In this document: piece after piece, positions 1-11,000 of the stretch
Layout: every line of letters begins with the position of its first letter
Numbering within the stretch: position 1 is the first letter of the stretch
NCBI GenBank assembly: GCA_964036045.1
Contig: OZ038378.1
Location: 11,904,001-11,968,000, forward strand
Direction of reading: 5' to 3'
Source: Eutreptiella sp. 'Long Island Sound 2002'
Taxonomy: Eukaryota > Protista > Euglenida
DNA: 64,000 nt
Notes under the pieces: generated by a model
Database searches by the model: none
Seen by the model: the letters and a program-made list of their open reading frames with translations, nothing else
Told to the model about the DNA's origin: nothing
Translations under genes and position numbers: made by a program

Positions 1-1544
1 GGCGGCGGCGGCGGGGGGGGTGTGTGTGTGAAAAGGGGATGTTCGGCTTCCGGTCTGCACCAGAGACATGCCAACGGCCTGGGGGTAGATGCCGTGCCAT
101 GCACATACGACCGTGTGGACCGAGGGCTTTTCAGGACCACATCCGTGCACACGGTGCACCGGACCGCACCGGGTACAAGGCCTGCCGGACTGCTGACAGC
201 CCCTGACCCCCGCGGGGGCACACGCAGGAGGGAGATGCTGCCATACGGGTGTGTGTCCTGGGAAGGGAGGACCACCTGTACAGGGCTGCGGGGGGGGTGG
301 GCAATGAAGGGGCAGGTTGCTCCAGGGCAGGTAGGGGGGTTGTGTGTTTGCCTGGTGCTCCAGGCCCCAGTGGGGGGGGGGGGGGGGGCAGGGGAGCCTT
401 ACGCTGAGCCCATTGGGGGAGACAGGGGCCCGGGCACACCACCTCCAGGCCACAGGGGCACACTGCAAAGCCACCCCACAACTGCCGTGGGCATGGGGAT
501 GGCTGTGGCACGACGCTCGACTGGGCGGGGCCCGCACTCCTTGACTGCCGCTTGGTAAGGGTGGTGCTGCCGGTTGGCTGGGCCCTCACGCTCACGGCAA
601 AGTGCCTCAGGCAGTTGGAGGGGACCCGGGGCACACGGAGCGCTGCCCTGTCCCGGGACCTCCCCATGGGAGATGCCCGGGATGCGGTGCTACTGCCCAT
701 GTACATGGGGAGGGCCTGAGGGCACACCACCCCCCTGTTGCAAGGGAGGGGGGAGGGTCGCGGAAGGGCAATGCTGCGGTGGGATACGATCTATGATGGA
801 CTACATTGTCTTGAACGTTCACGGGACGTTCACATGTTGGGTTCAGGACATTTTGTCTTTCGTTCATTCGCGCAACCCACCCCAAAGCACTCTCCAATCA
901 TGCACCATTTCAGGCTGGATGCACGGAAGTGTGTTCAGGGGGCACAGCCAGCACGATCCCCGTGCACCCCCCGAACGACCCTGCGGCTGAGGGGCGGAAG
1001 GCATACTTACCGTATTAATTAGGTGCTGAACGCCTTTCAGTGCCAAATGTGTCAAATGCACGAGCCCCGAAGCCCAAGGATTTTGAGGTTGTATTGTGCT
1101 TGGATGACAAAGGATGCCTACAGAGTTGGGGCGCACTAATACCAGGGGGGCCAGTCACGTGGTTGCATGCTTCCGGCCTGTCAGAAGGTTGGATCATGGA
1201 ACACACGAGGATGGATGTGCCTCAACGCTGCATACGCAAGATATGGTCGTTTCCAAGGCGCAGTAGGGGTATGAACAGTGTTGATTTGACACCTGCGCGT
1301 ACGTTTGGCCTCCAGTTGCCGGGTGATGCCTGAAGCCGGGGACTGCGCAGGAACAACAACAAGGGCATGTAGAGGATACAGGAGGCGATGTAGGGGGGAG
1401 GTACGGGGGACGATGTTCGGCCCACAGGGGTGGCCACTTTGTGCCCAAGGAGGGATGCTCCTGCAGATGGTGAGGCAAGTGGATGGCAGGTGTGCTCCGC
1501 AGGCTCGGGACAGTGCGCTCTTGGGGAGGGTATCATTTTCCGAG

Positions 1545-1560
1545 TGCCCTCTTCTCTCAG
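1545..1560 (+). promoter_or_regulatory. Polypyrimidine tract plus AG upstream of the TEP start; candidate trans-splice or 5'UTR acceptor
   Basis: tgccctcttctctcAG ends 14 nt before the ATG at 1575. Confidence 0.45.
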
Positions 1561-1574
1561 ATCCCAGGTCCACA

Positions 1575-2270
1575 ATGTTCCGCAACTGCGGCTGCTCACG
1601 CCCATGGGCAGCCCTGTTGGTTCTGCTGCTTTCGCTCTTGCCGGAGTGTGGGTCCGTCAGCCTCGGCGGTGTGAATTTCCTGTACCCCGCAACCTTCAGC
1701 CCCGGAGAGGATGTCCGCATCATTGCAGACGCCAGCAAGGCCACCACTACTGTGGACACGAGCTCCCTCGGTGCGACAGTGTACAAGGAGACCGCCGTCA
1801 TTTCCCAAAGCACCACGGTGAAGGACTTGGGTGGCCAGCAGTTCGAGATCACACTCCCCATCGCTGTGACAGTGTCGACGGATGCCGCGTATGAAGTGGA
1901 GTTGAGGGTCGGTGCAGCTTCCGACCGCCAGCCCTGCGCCATCAAGTTTAACAACTACGGTCTGCTGCTGGACATCGACAAGTCGTTGTACAAGCCCGGA
2001 CAGTCCGTACTCATGCGTGCGCTGGCGATCGATGCCTCGACGAAACCCGTTACCGGACTGCCATTGACCCTGTACGTGATCCAGCCAGAGCCTGCGAAGT
2101 ACATTGTCTTCAAGGAGACCAAAACTGCCGATGCCTACGGATCCGCCAGCTTCCAGTTTGACCTGCCTCAGGAGGTCATCGAAGGGGAATTCAAGGTGCG
2201 GGTGGAGAGCAACGACGTTGAGGCCCACGGGGCGTTCACTGTTGAGGAATACGTCCTTCCGCTGTTCGAG
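1575..2270 (+). CDS. TEP/A2M exon 1 (signal peptide, N-terminal MG domains)
   Basis: ATG in ccacaATG context; ends EEYVLPLFE at gag|GT. Confidence 0.88.
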
Positions 2271-4973
2271 GTCGCCCTCAAACAGCCCCACACTCTTGCA
2301 CACATCGCGGGCGGGGGGGGGGGGGGTTCGCAAGTTGCGAAATTTCCGAAATTTTGCGATTTTGCTGGTTTCCGAGCATTTGACAAAAGTTTGCAAAATA
2401 ATGCGCTTCTAGCGGTGAGCCCCGCACTCACGTATTGTCACATTGTAGGTTCTTTTTTTTTATGAGTGATCTTCCTCCAGAGGCAGATGCATTCAATGAT
2501 GTTGTTGCTGCTGATGTTGATGATGTCAAATAAAAACAACCCCAAGTTGTACAGTACCCTCCACTTTCCAGTTGCTTACCTGCAGTCTGCGAATGAGCAG
2601 CACAAGTAATGTTGCACAGAGGGAGTTGCTATTGCAAGCAGCCACAACTTTTTCGTTTTGGGATAAGCAAACGGCCATTTTGGCAAAGGCAGCCCAGTTC
2701 TTGGTAAATCTTCCAGTAACATCTGCGGAGGTTGGGTGTTCTCTCCGTCTGCAGACAACAAGTATCGATGCGGCCTCCCTGACAATACCCAGCTTTTCAC
2801 CAACATATCCTCGTGCAACGGGGGTGTGGTGGGTAGGTTTGCAACCCTTTAGTCTGGGTGCTATGACACATTGAACCTCTGTTGCATTGGTGAACCAAAA
2901 AAGTATGATTTGCAGTGCATGTGCCTGACTCACGTTCGGGTTTCAAGGGAATCTGTGTGTTGCAAAGGCTTGGCTCCACGCATCGCGAATGCGTGCAAAA
3001 ATGTGCGTAATTTTTCGAAAAATTGTGACGCAACTTCTCCATACTGCATTTCCGCATTCTCCCTGCCCCCTCTTTCAAACAGCTCCACATTCCCCCTCAA
3101 GCAGCCCCACACTCCCCCACACACAGGTCGGGCTGGTTCCCTCGGCAACGACCATTTTGGAGAACACGAAGGTGCTCGAAGGGAAGGTGACGGCGAAGTA
3201 TACCTACGGGAAGGCCGTGGCGGGTAAGCTCACCCTGCGCTTCATTCAGTCGCGTCAAGGGTACGGCTACGGCGTGACTCAGGACGCAGTCAAGGTTGGG
3301 GCTGGTGTTGTGGATGGAGGCCGAGGAGTGCTGTCGGGTTCGAAGCTCGGGGAGCTGCAGGTAAACCGCGCTTGCAATGCCGTGTTGCAACCTACGGAGC
3401 AAATTAATTCCCACCATCAGCTCCCTGTCTTTGCAGCTATCAGTACCTTCTGCAACCACCTGCCTGTACCAGTCCTGACGTTCCAACCCTCCGCCCTACT
3501 CTCTTCCCTCAGTCGGGTTCCCTGCTTGTGGCATCAATATCCGCTTCATTGATGAGGGGTCCAGTGAGCTTTTGGGGTTTTGTGCTGCATGGGTTGGGGA
3601 TGAAACCTCCCTTTCATGCGAAATTTTGCTGACGCTGGTTGTGACTCAGGCCGCATCAACACATCCAGGGCACGTTGGATGATCTGCAGCTTCAATGCCA
3701 CTCAACCTCAGGGGGTAGAATGTGCGTTTTGTAGGGTTTGGGGAAAGCGAAATCTCGGACACTAGGCGGTGAATTTGGCGTGGAGTGTCTGCATCCCTGG
3801 CACCCCTTTTTGCTTTTTGATTGATGTTGTTAAACTGCTTTTTTCATGGCGGCCACGCTCACAACACCTTCGTTTGATGCAAACTGGAACCGCCAGGAGA
3901 TGGAGTCAAAATATGTGCCGCAAATTGCATGGAATTTCCGACCATGCACACTGAAGGGCCGTCATGGAGCGGGCCGCCACCCGGAGCCATTCCTCTGCAG
4001 ACCCAGTGGTGGTACAAGAAGAGACGTTTGGGGCAGAATAAGGTGGTGGTCAGTCCACTACCAGTTTCCAAAGTTGGGCCATGCGGGGGTCGCGGTCTGT
4101 GGAAAGCTTTGGCATATGCCACAAGAAGTCTTGGAACAGCTGCTCGGTTTGAGATGCTTAACGACAACGTGCTTCTGGTTGTGGGCCAGCTTTGGCACAG
4201 AGCCACAAGCATAACCGCAAAGTGCGGGCCTACACACCCTGTGGGGGATGAAAACTGAGAGGTAGCACCTGAGGGGATGGGGGGGTGCTACATGTGCCGA
4301 GAGATGGTTTCCCCCTCCAGGAGCCCGGCCCTACCTGATTCCCTGGTTCTCCTTGGCGCAATTTTCAAGACAACGTGCTCCTGGCCCCGTCTACCCCCAA
4401 GACTGGCGGGACGTTGAGTCAAGGAAAACCCCTCATCGCCCCTTGCAGGTCTGTCAAAGAGTACCTCCTCTGTATCTTTGTGAGTAACCTAACTAACGGG
4501 TGCTGTGCCTTGGCTACAGACCTGGGAGTGGCAGATTCTATCGGCCTTGAGTTGGGTGCAGATGTCAGTGGCAATCAACTACACACATCTCCATGCAGTA
4601 TTGGCCACCCATAAAGGTGTCGTGGTGCACAGAGAGCATTATGTGTGCGGTATACGCTCTGTCCCATCACCTCTCGTGCACACAAAGTAGCGACGTGAAG
4701 AAGCGCATACGCTGCTGTGGTGTCTCTGCTGTATGGGACGCTGATTGGTGCACTGATAAAGCGATCCCTGCTTTGGCTCAGGCCTGGGGGCTACAGCCCT
4801 TGCCAGTGCCCCAATGTCCATCTCCACACTTCAGCCAGTTCAGCTAGCGGCAGGTAGCAGTTGGTGCCAGCAATCCTTATTTTCACCCTTCGTGGTACTC
4901 CACGGGTGCTCCATCAAGCGGTGGACAAAACAATGACCTGGGTTTGTGATGGTCTCTGACGACCCACACACAC

Positions 4974-5042
<69 letters not shown>

Positions 5043-8000
5043 ACCCCCCTGCCACAGGACGAGCCCCCACCCCACTGCGCCGCCTGGGGGTGCGCAGAGC
5101 CAGCCAGAGGACTCCGGGTCGGGGGGAGGGAGGGCGAACCCCAGCCCCCAAGAGGCGAGTGACGCAAACACCGGTGAGGGGAGGGGGTCATACCCCAAGG
5201 GCGCTTGGCGCTCAGAGCCAGTTCCACCCCTGGCGCGCGGGGACGAAGCGACAGAGGGGAGAGGCACCTCCCCAGGACGGCCCGCCGGGCAAACAAGCAC
5301 GCCGGCTGGAGCGGCATGGGCGTGCAGGCACCGAGGTCTCATAACCCACAGCCACCAGAGGCTCTGGCCTAGGCGAGGGTGACGACTCTCAAGGAGGGCC
5401 AGTGCAGTCATGATGATATCCTCTTGGCACAGGCCCCCCCCCCCGCTGAGCGCCCACCCCTGGACCCATGCAGGCCTTCCTCTATAATATGGCATCCCCC
5501 CCATCCCCCCCACACACACAATGAGAACCACATACCACACAAAACGAAGCAGCAAGTGCGACAAAGCAAGAAAAATCCCCAGGAGCTGCGATACACCCTC
5601 GGACCTCTTTCGTTTTGTGGTGGAGGGGGCAGTGTGTGCAGAGGCCTCATGGGAATGCCAATAAACAGTTCACGGTTCAGCCCTGTGCACCTTTCCAGCC
5701 TCATCACAAAACCCTTCGATCTGCATTGAAGGCTGTGCTGAGTCTGCATCAATGCCTGCAGAAGGAGGTGCATGGTGGTTCAACCCGTGGGTAACGTCCG
5801 CGGTATGTGAAGGACTGGACCCTGCGCATGTGTTGCAGAGTGTGTCCGTGTGTGCGTAGGTGCGTGTGGCCCATCCAGGTGCATTTGCATGAAGTACCAC
5901 ACTCAGGGCTCTGATGTCCTGCATCAATTTTTCTGTTTTTCTATTTTTCTATTTTTCTGTTTGCCTACGTTTTAGAGCCTTAATTTCAGTAGCCACCAAG
6001 GAGGTGTTTGTCAGGCTCGGCGCTGAGGTGGCAACGTGCTAGGTGTGTGTATGTGTGGTGAGTAGCATACCGGGTACAGTGTGTATTTTGTAGGTGTATT
6101 GTATGGGCGATTGGACCCTTGGTGCAGCGGCCCACCCCTTCAACAAGTTGGCGATGTCATGGAGACGTCACACCAAGGTGCTCGCTGATGGAGAGGGGTG
6201 ACTTGGGTGAACCCAGGTGGGCCCAGAGCACCAATTCCTGATTGTGTACTGTGTCAGTTTTGCCTCCTGCAAGCTGCATGTATGTGTTGGTCAGGGCTGA
6301 GCTTTCACCCGTTCTGTTTGTGGGTTGCCTGCTGCTGACTGCATCCCCTGTACTCTAGAGCATCTGTTCTGGAGTGAGAATTGTTCTTTTTTGGCACGTC
6401 TGTTTTGGTAGCAACGAAGTGTATGTGTGTGTGTGTGTGTGGGTGTTTAGGCCGGGTTGCTTGTGAATTGCTCACGATTCGCAGGTCACCTTCGATGGCG
6501 AGTACAATTACCAGTACACGCTCGACACAGTAGTGCAGTCGTATGCCGGACCGATAGTTGTTGAGGCAGTTGTCACGGAGGGTGCAACCGGAACCTCCCA
6601 GCAGGCCACGGCCTCTGTGGAAGTGGCCCAGCGCGACTTCAAAGTGGACCTTACCCCCAATATGAAGCACGTCAAGCCGGGCATCCCGTTGGTGATCCAC
6701 GTGTCGTGTCGCGACAGCAGCGGGGGGCCAGTGTCCAAGAGCCTGCAGATCCGCACGTCGTACAATCTGTGGTCCTGGCGCTATCGCGTGGACGACCATA
6801 TGGCCGACGTCCAATGCGACAGCGCCGGCGAAGCGACGGTGATACTCGACACGTCGGGGAAGGAGAACGCGACGTGCTGCAACGTCTCCAGCTCCGATAA
6901 GTCGCAGTCATGCTGCCTGCGCTCCGTCATGTCGTACGCCTTAGACGCCGGCACGAAGCACCGCCTCTGGGACACACAAATGTGCGTCGGCCGCGCGCAC
7001 TCCCCGAGCGATTCGTTCATACATCTGACGGCGTCCGGCGGCTCAGACACGACACATGCTCCGGGGAGCCAGGCCGCGTTTGAGTTGCAGTGGACGGACG
7101 CGGCGGTGACTGCGCAGGTGTGCAATTGTGCGAACCTTTTCATGGAATTATGTGACAGCATCTGTGCTCCACATCATTTTCACGAACATTGCTCACTTCA
7201 ATTCGAGTGGCCCTTGTTGTGGTAGTTGCGTTGGTCGTCGTTGCCGTCGTCGTTGTCATTCTGTTCCTCAGGGCCAGGAATGTCCCGATGCCGGAACTCA
7301 GCGGAAACACCATTTGCCGAATTTTCCCTGGTTTGGGTCACCCACATATTTTCCCACCAGCATCTTCCCCCATTTCCCCATTCCCCCCCGTTTTTCCTAC
7401 TTCCCCATTTTCCAGCGGGAACTTGAGCAGGGGCTTGGCTGTCAGGTTGAGCGGGAAATTCTTGGCCCTGGTTCCTCGTCATGGTCGTGGTCGTCGTGGT
7501 CGTGGTCGTGGTCGTGGCCGCTGTCATAGTTCTTGTGTTTGTCGTTTTACTTGTCGTCGATCTACACACTTCGTCCCGAGTATCTGGTCTGGTGCCGGGA
7601 ACAGCCAACTTCGCACATTTTCCGCGCGCCATCAAAGTGTCTGCCACTTGTCTTGCAGTCAGGCATCAGCTGACTCCCCTCCTCCCCCTTCAACGCCCCC
7701 CCCTGTGTGACATTCCGTCTGGTTGTTGCTCCTTTACGGGGCCCTGGACGGTCACCCGTTCTTCCCTTCGCATGTTGCGTCGGGTCGCTGCTTTCTGTCG
7801 GCCGCTGCGGCCGGTGCTCCTGCTGATGTCGTTTCCGCGTTCGCGGAGCCCAGTAGTTGGCGTGTTGGGACTGTGCTGAATGTGGCATGGTGTGCCCCCC
7901 CCCCCCCCCCTCTGGGGGGAGGGAGGGAGGGGGGCTACCAGTGCGGTGTCCATTCCCACAGGACATCCGCATCATCATTGCGGCGTCCTCCCGCATCGTC

Positions 8001-11000
8001 GCGTGGCAAGACATCGCGGCGAAGACCTTCCAAGTCACCCTCACGGCCTCCATGGCCCCGCGGGCCCATGTGGTGGCGTACTACACCCGCAGCGACGGGG
8101 AGGTCGTCGCGAGCGCCACCGCAATCGCGGTGGCGTTCCCCGCCACCAACGCCCTCACCGCCGCCTTCAACACCTCCTCCGCCGCCGTGGCCGCGGACGT
8201 CACCCTCGCGCTGCGGGCCGCGGCGCACTCCCGCGTGTTCTTGTTGGCCGCCGACCGCAGCACGAGCCTCCTCGGCGACGCGACGCGCATCAACGCCGCG
8301 GCCCTCGCGGACGCCTTTGCCGCCCCCGAGGCGGCGTCGGGGCTGTCCGCGTGCGCCGACGGGGTCTTCAAGGAGGCGGGGCTCTTGGCCATGTTTCCGG
8401 ACGCGCCTCCGTGCCCCAGGCCCCCGTCGTCCGCCTGCTCCGGGTACGGGGGCGGCGAGGTAGTCATGATGGAGGGGGCCATGGACGACGGCGACGTCGC
8501 AAAGGTCACTCCTCCGTCGCTCAGCACGTCTGCCGGTCCGCGTTCCAATGTCGTCTGTCGTGCGTCCCCGTCCCAGGGGAGCAGTGGTGGTGTTGTCTCT
8601 GCGACATCAGCTCCCGGTCCGTGACGTCACCGTCCTCGGGACCCATTTTCCCTGGTTTTGTTTTCAGTTGTAGGCGGTCGTGCCGTGGCCGACGGAGGTC
8701 GGGGTTAACGGCGCTTAAAAGGCTCTGCAGCTCCGTGTTGCGGGCTGATGGCTGACCAACGGCGGCGTTGTGGAAGGCACTGCGCCTGAGTTGGTGCGTT
8801 TGTGTTCGAGTTGCTCCGGACAGCCCCGCCTTTTGGATCCGTTTGGGTGCGGGTTCAAGTGCGGCAGCGTTCGCTGCACCACCACTTCAACACGACACAG
8901 CCACACCCCGACTGCGTTTTGTCAGTCCATTTCATGTGGGGTCACAACATCTCGGCGTCCCGGCGGTCGTGTGCTGTCCTCTGCCGTGCCCTCTGCGCTC
9001 CTGCCGCCGTCCCGCCCATTCCGTTGCCCGCTTCATTCCCCTGCCCCCTCTTCTGCGGTCCTCCTCTCGCCTCCGTGATCTCGACAGGCGGATATGGCCT
9101 TTGGCAGCGCCGCCGGGACCACCGGCTCGTCCACATCGACCGGCTCCTCCGGAGCGCGCCCCCCCGAGGCCGCCCTGGCCTCCGTCAAGCGGACACGAAC
9201 CTTCTTCCCGGAGACGTGGCTGTGGCGCGAGGTGCCCCTCGGGGCGGCGGCCGCGGCGGCCCTGCAGCTCACGACCGCCGACACGATCACGACGTGGGAC
9301 GTCATGGCCTTCGCACAGAGCCCCGGCGACGGCCTCGGATTCGCCGAGACGTCCCTCCGGGTCTTCAAGAGCTTCTTCGTGCGGCTCGCGCTGCCCGCGT
9401 CGGCGCTGCGCACGGAGGGCGTCGCTGCGGTCGCGACCGTCTACAACTACGAGCCGGGGGAGGTCACCGTTCGGCTGGAGCTGACGCTGCCCGCGGGGCT
9501 GAACGTCACCGGGGACCGCGTGCGCACCGTGACCGTTCCCGGCAACAGCGCCCAGTCCACCACGTACATGCTGGGCTGCAACGCCGTGGGGCTGCATCCG
9601 CTGCGGCTGACAGGGCAGACGCTCGCCTCTGTCGGGCTCGCCGACGCGGTGCAGCGCATGCTGCGCGTGCGGCCCGAGGGCATCGAGCGCGTGCTCAGCT
9701 ACAGCAAGCTGATGGACGTGACTGCGGGCGCGCCGGCCAGTCTATCCATTCCGCTCCAGCTGCCGAAGGACACCGTGGCCGACTCCGCACACGCGACGGT
9801 CTCCATTACCGGCGACCTCATGGGCGCCCCGCTGTCGGGGCTCGAGGGCCTGTTGCGGCAGCCGTTCGGGTGTGGCGAGCAGACGATGATCACACTCGCA
9901 CCGAATGTGTACGCCCTGCGCTACACCTCCGCGACCGGCACTGCGACGGCGGAATTCACGGAGCGCGCGACCCGCAACATCCGGTCCGGCTACGTCCGCG
10001 AGCTGCGGTACCGCCACGGCGACGGGTCCTTCAGCGCGTTTGGGGAACGCGACGACTCCGGCAGCTCGTGGCTGACCGCATTCGTCCTGAAGGTGTTCGC
10101 AGAGGCCAGCGAGTTCGCCTTCATCGACCCCGCGGTGTTGACCGCCGCCGCGGGGTTTCTCGCGGACACGCAGAAGAGCGGGGGCGCGTTCCCGAAGGTC
10201 GGGACGGTGTGCCACGACGAAATGATGGGGGGTGCCGCCGGGGCCGATGGCGAGAGGGCCATGACGGCGTTCGTGGGCATCGCCCTCACCGAGGCCTTGG
10301 ACGTGCTACCGGCGGGGGCCCAGAAGGACCGCGTGCGCACGGCGGTGCAGAGCGCCGCGTCGTACCTCGTCAAGGGGCCCACGGGGCCGCTGCAGGCGGG
10401 CCCGGCGGTCTACACCGCCTGCGTCAGGGCGTACGCGCTGCAGCTGATGGCCAAGCGCGGCCTCGCCACGCCCGCGGAGGCGGCGGCGGCGCTGGACGTG
10501 GTGAAGGCGGCGGCGACCGACGATGGCGGCCTCGCGAACTGGAACACGGACGCGGCCGCGGGCGGCAGCGCCAAAGCGCGCGCGACGCCCGAGTGCCTGG
10601 GCTGCGGGGGGCACTGGCGACGCCCGATGTCCACGAGCATCGAGGCCACGGCGTATGCGACGCTTGCGCTGGTGCAGGCGGGCGACATGGGCCTGGCCTA
10701 CTCCGCGGCAAAGTGGCTTGTGTCGCAGCAGAGCGAGACCGGGGCCTTCCGCTCCACGCAAGACACGATCGTGGGCCTCCAGGCGCTGGCCGAGTACGGC
10801 GCCGCGATCGCCGCGGCGAAGCCGACGGTGGCCGTCGTGATAGAGGACGGTGCGGGCACGACGCAGCAAGTGCAGGTGGATGCAGGGACCTGGAACGTGC
10901 TCCAGACCCGCGAGGTGGCCCCCACGGGCACTGTGGCGGTATCCGCCACGGGCACCGGCAAAGTGATCGCCCTGACGACGCTCAAGTACAACGTCCCGCG

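Noticed and set aside
990-1333. Protein-like ORF 1040-1333 upstream of TEP
   Set aside because: 97 aa, no motif or splice support.
3295-3360. Longer TEP exon 2 using the donor cag|GTAAAC at 3361
   Set aside because: In phase and possible, but the shorter exon better fits the spacing I recall for CD109; needs RNA-seq.
4840-5564. ORFs with CVCVCV or THTHTH runs
   Set aside because: Translations of the (AC)n microsatellite.
7189-7879. ORFs with poly-Val or poly-Thr stretches that look like membrane proteins
   Set aside because: Arise from GTC/GTG simple repeats within intron 3.
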